From: Candidatus Nanoarchaeia archaeon
GTDB taxonomy: Archaea; Nanobdellota; Nanobdellia; Woesearchaeales; JAQUVJ01
Assembly (NCBI GenBank): GCA_028693395.1
Contig: JAQUVJ010000003.1
Span: forward strand, 2,298-66,297
Direction of reading: 5' to 3'
Length of the DNA: 64,000 nucleotides
The first letter of the stretch is position 1; each line of letters opens with the position of its first letter. Positions 8,500 through 18,616 of the stretch are shown in pieces. Position numbers and translations under genes: made by a program. Below the pieces are notes generated by a model. That model saw only the letters and a list, made by a program, of their open reading frames with translations, ran no database searches and was not told where the DNA came from.

Positions 8500-8787
8500 A
8501 TTGATTTTTTATTATATTTTTTGATATTTTATTAATATTATTATGTTATATGACTATTATATCACTATTATATCACTATTATATTTTTATTAATAGTATA
8601 TTGTCATAAATAATAGAAAGTAATCTTATTTTTAAATTAATTGTTTTTTTATATAATAAAAAAGTTTGAAACATAAAAGAATTATTTTAAAAAAGTTTAA
8701 AACTTAACATAGTTATTTTTATATTTATGTTTGTCTATTCTTTTCATAAGACATTGGACATATATCAAAGGAATTTATATATGAATA

Positions 8788-9042
8788 ATGTATATAGTAG
8801 GTTATAAGGTTATTAAGATGGCACCAATAAAAAATTATAGAACGGGAACTATGGAGGTTGCTCTATGGGAAAATGAAATAGAAGATAAGACATTTAGAAA
8901 TATAACTATAAGTAGAAGTTATAAAGATAAGGAAGACAATTGGAAAAATACTAATAACATTCCAGTTGATGATATTCCGAAATTAGTCGCAATTTTAAAT
9001 GAAGTATATAGAAGTCAAATGTTTGAAAACAAAGAAAATTAA
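8788..9042 (+). CDS. Small conserved protein, possibly a PC4/YdbC-like ssDNA-binding fold (uncertain)
   Basis: MAPIKNYRTGTMEVALWENEIEDKTFRNITISRSYKDKEDNWKNTNNIPVDDIPKLVAILNEVY. The gene ends 5 nt before the radA ORF. The fold assignment rests on pattern resemblance only. Confidence 0.3.
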   Translation: MYIVGYKVIKMAPIKNYRTGTMEVALWENEIEDKTFRNITISRSYKDKEDNWKNTNNIPVDDIPKLVAILNEVYRSQMFENKEN

Positions 9043-9047
9043 ATTAG

Positions 9048-10010
9048 GTGAAATATATGGGTGATGATTTAACTAAACTACCAGGAGTAGGACCAGCATC
9101 AGCAGAGAAATTAGAAAGTGCAGGTTTTGAAACTTATTTATCGATTGCAGTTTCAAGTCCAGCTGTTTTATCAGAAGTAACTGGTCTTTCCGAAGCAGCA
9201 TCAAGAAAAGTAATTCAAAATGCAAGAGATTCAATGAAAATGGGATTTGAATCAGGAGATGCATTACTTGAAAGAAGAAGCAAAGTAATTAAAATAACAA
9301 CAAGTTCAACAAATCTTGATAACATGCTAGATGGTGGTTTAGAAACATCAGCCATTACTGAATGTTTTGGTCAATATGGATCATCAAAAACTCAAATTGC
9401 ACATCAACTAGCAGTAAATGTTCAATTACCTTTAGAACAAGGAGGTGCAGATGGAGTTGCAGTTTATATTGATACTGAAAACACATTTAGACCTGAAAGA
9501 ATAAAACAAATGGCAGAAGGTTTGGGACTTGATTACACAGAAACTCTAAAAAACATTAGAGTTGCAAAAGCATACAATTCCGACCATCAAATGCTTTTAG
9601 TTCAAAAAATATCAGATTTAATAAATGAAGACAAATTAAATGTAAAAGTTGTTATTGTAGATTCATTAACTTCTCATTTTAGATCTGAATTTGTAGGTAG
9701 AGGTACTTTAGCTGATAGACAACAAAAATTAAATAAACATATGCATGATTTAGCAAAACTTGCTGATATGTATAATTTATGTGTTTATGTAACAAATCAA
9801 GTAATGGCAAAACCTGATCAATTTTTTGGAGATCCAACAGAAGCAATTGGTGGAAATGTTGTAGGACACAATTCAACTTTTAGAATTTATCTAAGAAAAG
9901 GTAAAAAAGGAAGTAGAGTTGCAAAATTAGTAGATAGTCCAAATTTACCAGATAACGAAGCAGTATTTTTCATAAATAATTGTGGAGTAAGAGATGAGTT
10001 TTTAGATTAA
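9048..10010 (+). CDS. radA: DNA repair and recombination protein RadA
   Basis: An N-terminal HhH is present ([20 protein letters not shown]). The Walker A region is GQYGSSKTQ and the Walker B region is [12 protein letters not shown]. The likely start is the ATG at 9057, preceded by AGGTGAaatat. Confidence 0.92.
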   Translation: MKYMGDDLTKLPGVGPASAEKLESAGFETYLSIAVSSPAVLSEVTGLSEAASRKVIQNARDSMKMGFESGDALLERRSKVIKITTSSTNLDNMLDGGLETSAITECFGQYGSSKTQIAHQLAVNVQLPLEQGGADGVAVYIDTENTFRPERIKQMAEGLGLDYTETLKNIRVAKAYNSDHQMLLVQKISDLINEDKLNVKVVIVDSLTSHFRSEFVGRGTLADRQQKLNKHMHDLAKLADMYNLCVYVTNQVMAKPDQFFGDPTEAIGGNVVGHNSTFRIYLRKGKKGSRVAKLVDSPNLPDNEAVFFINNCGVRDEFLD

Positions 10011-10158
10011 TTTATTTATTTTTTTTCTATTTTCATCTTATTGTTTTATAAAAAAATTATAAGAACAAATTAATAAAATCTAGATTAATTAAGAATATTT
10101 CTGTCTATTTTCTTGTTTTTTTTAATTTTTCTTTAATTTTTCTTAAAATTATAAAAAA

Positions 10159-11178
10159 TTACAACATTTTTATACTATTTTTAATAATTTCTATAAAAAA
10201 ATCTTCATCATCCTTTGCAATACTACATCCTGATGCATTATTATGACCTCCACCAAAACCATTCATTTGAGAAAAAACATATGACATAAGTTCAGTTAAA
10301 TTAACATGACCATTAGACCTTAAACTCATTGAAATTTTATCAATTGCATCTCTTGCAACAATTATTATCTTTTTTTTAGGGTATTTTACTAATAAAAAAT
10401 TACTTACTTCTGTTGAAACAGAAACATCTTCATAATATTTTAGATAATATAAATCATCATTAATTAAAGGCTTATAATTACAAATTGCATAATATTTATC
10501 ATAAATTCTTTTTGCTTTTTTAAAAAAAGGATTTTCTTCAGTATCTAAATTTAACAAATTTATTTCCAAAAGTTCTAAAATATATCTTTTAAAAGATGTA
10601 ACATTAGATTTTAAAGAGAAATTCAAAAACAATATTTTTTCTCCTAGTGATGAATCAAACAATATTTCTCCTGGTGTCTCTTTTTTATTTATTAATTGAT
10701 CTAATTGTAATTTTTTTATAGATGATTTTATTGTTCTATCAATATACCAATCTGATATACATCCTATTATCATCGCTAATTTTTCTTTTTTAAAGATTTT
10801 ATAAACAAGCATTGAAGTAGGATAATCTTTTTTAAAATCTGTTGAATTTAAAATTATTAAATTATTTCTACTTTTTATTTCACTTTGAGGATGATGATCT
10901 ATCCAAATAATTTTATATCCTGAATATTTTTTTAAAAATGATTCATCAACTTTTGCTATATCTAATATTATAATCGCATCAAAACTTGTTTCATCTAATT
11001 TATAAGAAAATCTCTCATCAATTAATGGTCTATCTTTAACCATAGTAAAAGAAAATGTGTCAAAATATTTTGCTATTTGATAAAAACTACAAAATCCATC
11101 TGCATCATTATCAAAAAAAATGTATGGGTTTTTTATTTGTTTAAATTCTTTTTTTATTTGTTTAATTATGTTTTCCAT
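10159..11178 (-). CDS. DHH/DHHA1 family phosphoesterase (RecJ-like paralog)
   Basis: The motifs DNDADGFCS, IDHHP and GGGHNNASG are present. Confidence 0.7.
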   Translation of the reverse strand: MENIIKQIKKEFKQIKNPYIFFDNDADGFCSFYQIAKYFDTFSFTMVKDRPLIDERFSYKLDETSFDAIIILDIAKVDESFLKKYSGYKIIWIDHHPQSEIKSRNNLIILNSTDFKKDYPTSMLVYKIFKKEKLAMIIGCISDWYIDRTIKSSIKKLQLDQLINKKETPGEILFDSSLGEKILFLNFSLKSNVTSFKRYILELLEINLLNLDTEENPFFKKAKRIYDKYYAICNYKPLINDDLYYLKYYEDVSVSTEVSNFLLVKYPKKKIIIVARDAIDKISMSLRSNGHVNLTELMSYVFSQMNGFGGGHNNASGCSIAKDDEDFFIEIIKNSIKML

Positions 11179-11280
11179 TTAATCACTATTTTTTGTTTCT
11201 TGTTTTTTTATTTTCTTGTTTTTTTATTTTATTTTTTGTTATTTTTTATTTTATTTTTATAAAAAACATAAAAAAATTAA

Positions 11281-12051
11281 TTAATCATTAAAATCAATTA
11301 TTAATTCTATTGGACAATGATCTGAACCATAATAATCTTTAAGGATATTTGATTCTTTAACTTTTTTTATTATATCTTTTGAAACTACAAAATAATCTAT
11401 TCTCCAACCTATGTTTTTTTCTCTTGCACTAAATCTATAACTCCACCATGTGTAATTATCAGGTTCTTTATTAAAATATCTAAAAGTGTCTACAAAATCA
11501 TTTTCTAATAATTTTGTAAACCAATTTCTTTCATCAATATAAAATCCTGGATTCATAGTGTTTGTTTTTGGATTTTTTAAATCGATTTCTTCATGTGCAA
11601 CATTAAAATCTCCTGTTAATATAACTGGTTTATTTTTTTTTAATTCGTTTATTTTATTTAATAAATCATTATTAAATTTATTTTTAAAATCAATTCTTAC
11701 AAGTTCTGGTTGTGAGTTTGGAAAGTAACAATTAATCATATAAAAATCTTTAAACTCGAATAATATATATCTTCCTTCATCATCAAATTCTTTAATTCCA
11801 ATTTCTTTTGAAATTGATATAGGTTTTTCTTTAGATAAAATCATAACTCCGGAATAACCTTTTTTTTTAGCGAAAGAATAATCTTTATAATAACCTAATT
11901 CTTTTATTTCATTTGGAATTGTATCTTCTTGTGCTTTTATTTCTTGAATACAAAGTATATCTGGATTTTCTTCTTTTATGTAATCAAGAAAATCTTTTTT
12001 TAGAACGGCTCTAATTCCATTAACATTCCATGAGTGTATTTTTGTTGACAT
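11281..12051 (-). CDS. xth: Exodeoxyribonuclease III (AP endonuclease)
   Basis: The motifs SWNVNGIRA, CIQEIK, GDFNVAH and SDHCPIEL are present. Confidence 0.9.
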   Translation of the reverse strand: MSTKIHSWNVNGIRAVLKKDFLDYIKEENPDILCIQEIKAQEDTIPNEIKELGYYKDYSFAKKKGYSGVMILSKEKPISISKEIGIKEFDDEGRYILFEFKDFYMINCYFPNSQPELVRIDFKNKFNNDLLNKINELKKNKPVILTGDFNVAHEEIDLKNPKTNTMNPGFYIDERNWFTKLLENDFVDTFRYFNKEPDNYTWWSYRFSAREKNIGWRIDYFVVSKDIIKKVKESNILKDYYGSDHCPIELIIDFND

Positions 12052-12265
12052 AATAAAACCTTTTTTAAAAATTAATATAATAATAATTTAATAACAATAA
12101 CTAATGATATAATAATAATTTAATGATATAATAATATTAATGATAATGATTATAGTAACAATTTATTATGATTTATTTATAATATATTTATCTAAATCTT
12201 TATAAAATTTATTCATTTTGTTTCTTTTTATTTTTGTTTTAGTTTTGTTTTGTTTTGTTTCTTTT

Positions 12266-13966
12266 TTATTTTTTAATTTCTTTATTATCAACAACAAAAT
12301 CATCTTTTAATAAATCTTTTTTTAATAAACAAGCTTTGCATATTTTATTTGAACTTGGTTGATTACATATTTCACATCTTCCTATACTTTGATTATTTGT
12401 GTTATTTGTGCTATTTATTTTATTAATATTGTTAGTATTATTAATATTATCTTTATTATTATTATTTTTATCTTTTTTGTTTTTTGTATTTTTTTTGCTT
12501 TTTACATTTTTTATGTTTTTTATATATTCAAAACAAGAAAATAAAAAATTAAATGATTCTATTTTATTATATCCTATTTCGTTTATTATGTCTCTAATTT
12601 TTCCTCTAAAACTCGCATAAGCATAAGGACATTCATTGTATTTTACTTTAAATTTTTGTAAAATTGAATAAATTAAAACTTCTTTTTCTGTTACAAAATA
12701 TAGTGGTTTTATTCTTTGAACAAATCCATCATCAATGGATAAAAATCCCGTAATTGGACCCATTTTATAAAATTGATCGTTGTTATTTTTTATTAAATTC
12801 ATCTTGAATGCTTGCAATTCATCATCAAAATTATGACCTGTTGCAATTATATCTGAATCATTTTCCAATGCTCCTAAATTTAAACTTTGTCTTCTAAAAA
12901 CTCCACAGATATTACAAGGAAGCAAATTACTTTTTTTTACCGCACTATCTAAATCTATTTTAAAAACATCTTTAAAAGAAATTACTTTGTAATTTATTTT
13001 AATTTTTTTGCAAAAATCATTTAAATCATCAATTGTATGAGGTCTATATCCTGCAATTCCTTCATCAATACATAATGCAGTTATTTGAAAACAATCATTA
13101 TGATTATCTGAATATTTTTTTAATAAACTTAATACTGTTAGCGAATCTTTTCCACCACTTGTTGCAATTGTTAGATTAATTTTTTTGTTTTTATCATTAA
13201 ATTTATTTTTGAAATTCTTATCTCTTTTTTTTAAAGATTTTAAAATATAATCAATTGTAAGAAATACTTTTTCTTCTACATAATTAATGAAATTATTTTT
13301 ATCAAAAACAAGATCATCTATTTTGTAAACTATTTTTTCTTTTGATTTTATTGATTTTTTTGAATACTTTTTTGTGATTTTAATTAGATCTTTTTGTGAT
13401 TTCATTTTTAGATTTTTGAATTGATTTGAAAATTCTTTTATACCTTTGTAGTATGAATTTGAATTTTCAATTGATATTTTTTCTATGTATTTTTCTATGA
13501 TTTCTTTATGATTTTTTTTGTATTCATCTAATACGTTTTTCTCAAAAAGAATTTTATCTTTTTCGATTATTTTTAAAAAATTATTTATATTTTTTTTATT
13601 TGATTTATTATTTTTCTTTGTGTTTTTGTTTATGTTTTTATTAATATTTTTTATACCTTCATCATTTTCATTTATATTTTTATTATTAAAATTCATTTCT
13701 AAAATATTAGAAAATTTTTCATCAATCTTTAAAATATTCAAAAACTTTTCAAAATAATAAATTATATCTAATTTATCTAAAAAATACATTTTTTTTTTAT
13801 GATTATTTTTCAATAATGAATTTTCAAAATTATTAGAAACAATTATTCTTGATTTAAAAACTGGATTTATATTTTTTATTTCATTTGTTAAAAACATTTT
13901 TTCTTCTTGATTATAACAAATTAATTTGTTTTCTAAAAAGCCTCTAGGAAATTTAATTTTCTTCAT
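12266..13966 (-). CDS. PP-loop ATPase, tRNA 2-thiolation enzyme (TtuA/NcsA/TtcA family) with long low-complexity extensions
   Basis: The PP-loop is ATSGGKDSLT. CNICGVFRR is present, and the C-terminal Zn ribbon is CEICNQPSSNKICKAC. About 250 aa of N-terminal Lys/Asn-rich extension precedes the domain, and an Asn/Lys-rich insert lies before the C-terminal ribbon. Confidence 0.7.
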   Translation of the reverse strand: MKKIKFPRGFLENKLICYNQEEKMFLTNEIKNINPVFKSRIIVSNNFENSLLKNNHKKKMYFLDKLDIIYYFEKFLNILKIDEKFSNILEMNFNNKNINENDEGIKNINKNINKNTKKNNKSNKKNINNFLKIIEKDKILFEKNVLDEYKKNHKEIIEKYIEKISIENSNSYYKGIKEFSNQFKNLKMKSQKDLIKITKKYSKKSIKSKEKIVYKIDDLVFDKNNFINYVEEKVFLTIDYILKSLKKRDKNFKNKFNDKNKKINLTIATSGGKDSLTVLSLLKKYSDNHNDCFQITALCIDEGIAGYRPHTIDDLNDFCKKIKINYKVISFKDVFKIDLDSAVKKSNLLPCNICGVFRRQSLNLGALENDSDIIATGHNFDDELQAFKMNLIKNNNDQFYKMGPITGFLSIDDGFVQRIKPLYFVTEKEVLIYSILQKFKVKYNECPYAYASFRGKIRDIINEIGYNKIESFNFLFSCFEYIKNIKNVKSKKNTKNKKDKNNNNKDNINNTNNINKINSTNNTNNQSIGRCEICNQPSSNKICKACLLKKDLLKDDFVVDNKEIKK

Positions 13967-14270
13967 GTATTAGAAAATTTTTTATTATTCTTAAATCTAT
14001 TTACTTTTTTTGTTTTGTTTTTCTTTGTTTTTTTAGATTTTTTATTTAATTTTTATTTAATTCTTATTCTATTTTTATTTAAATATTTTTTTAATATGTT
14101 TTCTTTATTTTTGTTATTTTTTGTTTTTTGTTTTTATGTTTTATGTTTTTTATTTTTATGTTTTTATGTTTTTTATTTTTATGTTTTTATGTTTTTTATT
14201 ATTTATTATTTATTGTTTTTAACAAATCTATAAAATATTAAAAAATATACGTCATAAATATATCAGAAAA

Positions 14271-16718
14271 TTATTTACCATTTAACAAATTTGAAGGATT
14301 GTAATTTAAAAATTGTAAATAATTTGTATCTCCATTTTCATTTACTTTCTTAATAATCATATATTTTTCATTTATCAAATAATCATGAGTCTCAAAATGT
14401 TTTGTACATTCACTTTCTGTTTCCCAACAATCTTCATCTAAACATCCAACATAACCATTATTATTGATATCTTTTATTGATTCTATTTTACAATCTTCTC
14501 TTTCATTGGAATCATCTCCTATACAAGCTTCGTTATTAATTTTCATTGTTCTTTGAGTATATGTATGTTTTTGAGATTCATTCCATTCTGTTTTTACATT
14601 AAATATTTCTGAATATTTTTTACAATATTCTTTTTTTTCATCAGGATCAACCATTTGTCCATCATAACAAAAAATTCCATCATAACCATATATTTTTATA
14701 TTATTATCTGGATTGTCAGAAGTTAATATAATTAAATTCTTAGTTTTTGTTTTAAAATCAAATAAAGAATTTGTTGTTAAACCCAAATTATTTATATATG
14801 ATTCACGTGAAATTAATTTTATAACAACATCATCATCGTTTTTTTCATTTTCACATTTATCATAATCAACTTGAGATGATTTATCGTCTTCCAATTTATA
14901 AATAACACCTTTTTGATAAAAATTTGTTCCATAATAATTCTTTTCATTTAACAATTTATAAATATCATTTGAATCTGTTTTTACTAAAGTATCTATTTTA
15001 TTTCCTTTATTATTTTTTAAAGATTTTGCATAATTTGGAAAGAAATATAATAAATTATTAAAAGTTGATATCTTTCTTTTTGTAAAATCCACAACACACT
15101 TTCCATCAAAGCATTCTCCAAATTCACTACAATCAAAAATTTTTCCAAACAATTTACCATCTAAAATAAATTTTTTTAATAAGAATGATTCATCAATACA
15201 ATATGATAATTGTTCATCATAATAATATTTTCCATCTTTATCTAAATTTTCTTCTTTTATTTCTTCTTTTAAAGGAAAAAAACCATAACTTTTTTCATTA
15301 TTTTCTTCTTTATCTCCTAGAAAAAAATTAACTAATGAACCATGTGATGCTTTTACAATAGTATTAAAAAAATTTTCTACATTATCTTTTGTTAAATATA
15401 ATACTTTTTTGGTTTTTATTAATGGATCTAAAGCTTTTAATATTTCATCTGGATCTTCAAATAATCCTTTTTCTGGAGTTAAATAAAAATCATTACAATT
15501 ATCTTGATTTATTTGATAATAATAATTATTATTATTGTTTATGTTTTGATCTTTTTCCCATTCATATCCTAAACCTTCGCATACATATTGAGAAAAATCA
15601 TCATCAACACATCTTCCTTCAAAACAATAATTTGTCTCTACATTTTTTAAATTAATAATTTTTTGACCATTTGAATTTATAATATCTGAATTAAATTTAG
15701 TTGCAACATCACTACATTTTACTTCCTTAGTTACAAATTTATCTACTTCTTGAAGATAAATTCTTTCTACTAATGTTTCTGAATCTAAACAATAATCTCT
15801 GTTTAATAATTCAAACATATCACCTTTTGAATCATACTTATATAAATTACCTTGAAGAAAATAATTTGAATAAAAATAATAGTAATTAGCATCATATAAT
15901 TCTTTTTCCATTTTTACTCTTTCCATATTACCTTTTTCTTGCATATAGATATTATTTCTCTTTATGAAGAAATCTAAAAGATTATTAAAATCTGTTTTAT
16001 AATATTCTAATTTATTTTGTTTATCGTTTAAATTTGTTTTTTCATATTCTTCAATTTTAGTTTCTTTACCTTCTTTAATTATAGTTTTAATTATAAGTAC
16101 ATCAAAAAAATTATTGAATTTAATTAAAAAATTATTATCTATTTTATTATTACTTTTATATTGTTTTAATATATCAACAACACATTTACCTTCACTACAA
16201 CTACCATATTCTGAACAATCATATATTTTATATGCTGTTGAACTGTTATCAAAAACAATTTGACGACCCTTTTCTTCATCAATAATTCCTCTCTTTATTA
16301 AAAAACGATTATCTAAACAAAAAGAATTTAAAAATTCAGAACTATTAAAAATAAATAAACCATAAGGTCTATTAAAAATATTATTTGAATTTTCTATATC
16401 ATTTTTTAAATAATTATATTCTAAGTTTGAAACATCTGGTACAAAAGGATCGAATGTTTTTAGATGTGGAAATGAATCATCATAATCATTACCAAACCAT
16501 CCTGCAATAAGTCCTGTTTGAATTTCTTCATATAGTCTAGGTGATGATTGAAATGATAAAACAAAATCTATGTTTAAGAAAAAAAATGTAAATATTATTA
16601 ATATAAAAGAAAAAAAGAAGATATTTTTATTTTTATTATTTCTTCTTTTTATTATATTTACTTTATTATCTTTATTATTTTTATTATTATCAATATTCAT
16701 GATATTTAATATTCTCAT
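14271..16718 (-). CDS. Large secreted or membrane-anchored protein with repeated Cys motifs
   Basis: The N-terminal hydrophobic segment is IFFFSFILIIFTFFFLNIDFVLS. Internal repeats include FCLDNRFLIKRGIID...IYDCSEYGSCSEGKCVVD and YCIDESFLLKKFILD...IFDCSEFGECFDGKCVVD, with a degenerate third copy ending YCFEGRCVDDD. Confidence 0.6.
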   Translation of the reverse strand: MRILNIMNIDNNKNNKDNKVNIIKRRNNKNKNIFFFSFILIIFTFFFLNIDFVLSFQSSPRLYEEIQTGLIAGWFGNDYDDSFPHLKTFDPFVPDVSNLEYNYLKNDIENSNNIFNRPYGLFIFNSSEFLNSFCLDNRFLIKRGIIDEEKGRQIVFDNSSTAYKIYDCSEYGSCSEGKCVVDILKQYKSNNKIDNNFLIKFNNFFDVLIIKTIIKEGKETKIEEYEKTNLNDKQNKLEYYKTDFNNLLDFFIKRNNIYMQEKGNMERVKMEKELYDANYYYFYSNYFLQGNLYKYDSKGDMFELLNRDYCLDSETLVERIYLQEVDKFVTKEVKCSDVATKFNSDIINSNGQKIINLKNVETNYCFEGRCVDDDFSQYVCEGLGYEWEKDQNINNNNNYYYQINQDNCNDFYLTPEKGLFEDPDEILKALDPLIKTKKVLYLTKDNVENFFNTIVKASHGSLVNFFLGDKEENNEKSYGFFPLKEEIKEENLDKDGKYYYDEQLSYCIDESFLLKKFILDGKLFGKIFDCSEFGECFDGKCVVDFTKRKISTFNNLLYFFPNYAKSLKNNKGNKIDTLVKTDSNDIYKLLNEKNYYGTNFYQKGVIYKLEDDKSSQVDYDKCENEKNDDDVVIKLISRESYINNLGLTTNSLFDFKTKTKNLIILTSDNPDNNIKIYGYDGIFCYDGQMVDPDEKKEYCKKYSEIFNVKTEWNESQKHTYTQRTMKINNEACIGDDSNEREDCKIESIKDINNNGYVGCLDEDCWETESECTKHFETHDYLINEKYMIIKKVNENGDTNYLQFLNYNPSNLLNGK

Positions 16719-17020
16719 CCTTTTTTAAATTTTTTTAATTTTACAAAAAAAACTATAAAAATATAGAATAAAAAATAAAATATTTTCAAAATATTCAAGA
16801 AATTTTATAGATTATTTATAGATTATTCATAAATTATTTAATAAAATAATAAAAAACTAAATAATAATGATAATAATAATAATAAATAATTACAAAAATA
16901 TTTAAGAATCTTATAAAATATAAAATAAATTAAATAATAAAAATTAAATAATAAAAAAATTAAATATGAATAAATCTAAAAATTGAATAAATTTTTATAC
17001 ATAAATAATATTAATTTATC

Positions 17021-17716
17021 ATGGACAAAAAAAACTTCATACTATTATCAATTTTAATGTTTTCTTTAATGATATTTTTAATTTTAATTAATTACAATAA
17101 TCTTAATGAAAAAATGATAACTAATTGGGATTTTAATGGAGAACCTTCAGGTTATTCTTCAAAATTAGAAGCATTAATAATTATGCCTATTACATCAATA
17201 TTTATCTTTATTATTATTTTCATTTCTATATTTTTTTTAAAAAAACAAAATAAATTAGAAGATAATGAAAATACTATTTACAATTTCATGTTAATCATTT
17301 TATTATTTCTTTTATCTATGCAATTCTTTATTATCTACAAAAATTTAGGATATAATATTGATACTATTAAGTTCATTATGTCATTTTTTACAATACTTTT
17401 TTATTATTCTGGAGTTGTTTTAAAAGATATAAAACAAAATAATTTTATTGGTGTAAGAACAATTTGGACATTAAAAAATGAAGATGTTTGGAATAAAACA
17501 AATCAATTAGGTGCATATTTCTTTAAATTTTTTGCAATCGTTTCTTTTATAGGAGTAATTATTCCAAAATTTAATATGATATTTTTAATGATTTTAATAT
17601 TCTTAGGAGTTATTTATTTGTATTTTTATTCTTTTTATTTATATAAAAAAACCAATAATTTAAATAACATTAATACTAAAAATATTAATGAAAATAGCAC
17701 AAAAAATGAAAAATAA
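17021..17716 (+). CDS. SdpI/YhfL family membrane protein (DUF1648 + SdpI)
   Basis: NWDFNGEPSGYSSK and GVRTIWTLKNEDVWNKTNQLGAYFF are present, along with multiple TM segments. Confidence 0.55.
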   Translation: MDKKNFILLSILMFSLMIFLILINYNNLNEKMITNWDFNGEPSGYSSKLEALIIMPITSIFIFIIIFISIFFLKKQNKLEDNENTIYNFMLIILLFLLSMQFFIIYKNLGYNIDTIKFIMSFFTILFYYSGVVLKDIKQNNFIGVRTIWTLKNEDVWNKTNQLGAYFFKFFAIVSFIGVIIPKFNMIFLMILIFLGVIYLYFYSFYLYKKTNNLNNINTKNINENSTKNEK

Positions 17717-17797
17717 AAAAATAAAAGAAAGTAAAATACAAAGAAAGAAAGAAAAAAATAAAAAAACAAAAAGAAAAACAAAAAGAAAATAAATAAT

Positions 17798-18469
17798 GTG
17801 ATAATCATGAAAATAGACGAATTATTAACACCTAAAGAATATATAAGTATTGATCAAGATGTAAAATCTGAAAGTGAAATCTTTGAAAAAGTTAGATATA
17901 TTCTAAATTTAACAAAAAATACTTATAGTTTTAATAATTCAGATCCTTTTAAATTTGTAATTGTAAAAAATAAAATATTAAAAGAACTAATTGCAAAATC
18001 TACATTAAATGAATTAATCTTAGCAAAAGTCATAGTTGTATTGGAATGTAACACAAAAGAAACTGATATATTACAAATTAGTAAAGAATCTGCTATTGCA
18101 AATTGTGGAATGGCTTTACAAAATTTAATGATTTATTCTAGAGCTTTTAACATGGAACCTGCAATTTTTTTTAAATTTGACTCTAAATTATTTAAAGAAA
18201 AAATGAAGTTGGAAAATCCTCTTGCAATAATTGTTTATGGAAATTTACATCTAAAAAATCAAATTAAAGTCGATAAAAAAATTATTACAATTGATGATAC
18301 AAAAAATATAAAATTAGAACCTTTACTTGATGATGCTAAATTTGACGAATATATTGAAAATAATTTTAAAGAAACTTTAGTTGATTTAAAAACTATTAAA
18401 CTTGGATTTCAGAAAAATATTGAAAAATTAAAAGAGAAATTCTTAAATAAAAAAAATAAAGATGATTAA
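17798..18469 (+). CDS. Nitroreductase-fold protein (uncertain)
   Basis: The pattern DPFKFVIVKNK...AIANCGMALQNLMIYSRAFNMEPA...PLAIIVYGN resembles the nitroreductase family. The canonical N-terminal RRS motif is absent. Confidence 0.4.
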   Translation: MIIMKIDELLTPKEYISIDQDVKSESEIFEKVRYILNLTKNTYSFNNSDPFKFVIVKNKILKELIAKSTLNELILAKVIVVLECNTKETDILQISKESAIANCGMALQNLMIYSRAFNMEPAIFFKFDSKLFKEKMKLENPLAIIVYGNLHLKNQIKVDKKIITIDDTKNIKLEPLLDDAKFDEYIENNFKETLVDLKTIKLGFQKNIEKLKEKFLNKKNKDD

Positions 18470-18616
18470 TTTTTTTAATTGTTTTATTTATTTAATGTTA
18501 TTTTGTATTTTTTATCATTATTTTTTATTTTTTTTGCTTTATTTTGTATTTTATTTTTTAAAATTTATATTAAAAATCTAAATCTTTTTATACTTTAAAA
18601 AAAAATAATAAATAAA

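Noticed and set aside
8500-8787. The long hisS-radA spacer as a possible replication origin.
   Set aside because: There is no orc1/cdc6 gene nearby and no recognisable ORB-type repeats. Only a two-copy 13-nt direct repeat is present, and that fits an operator better.
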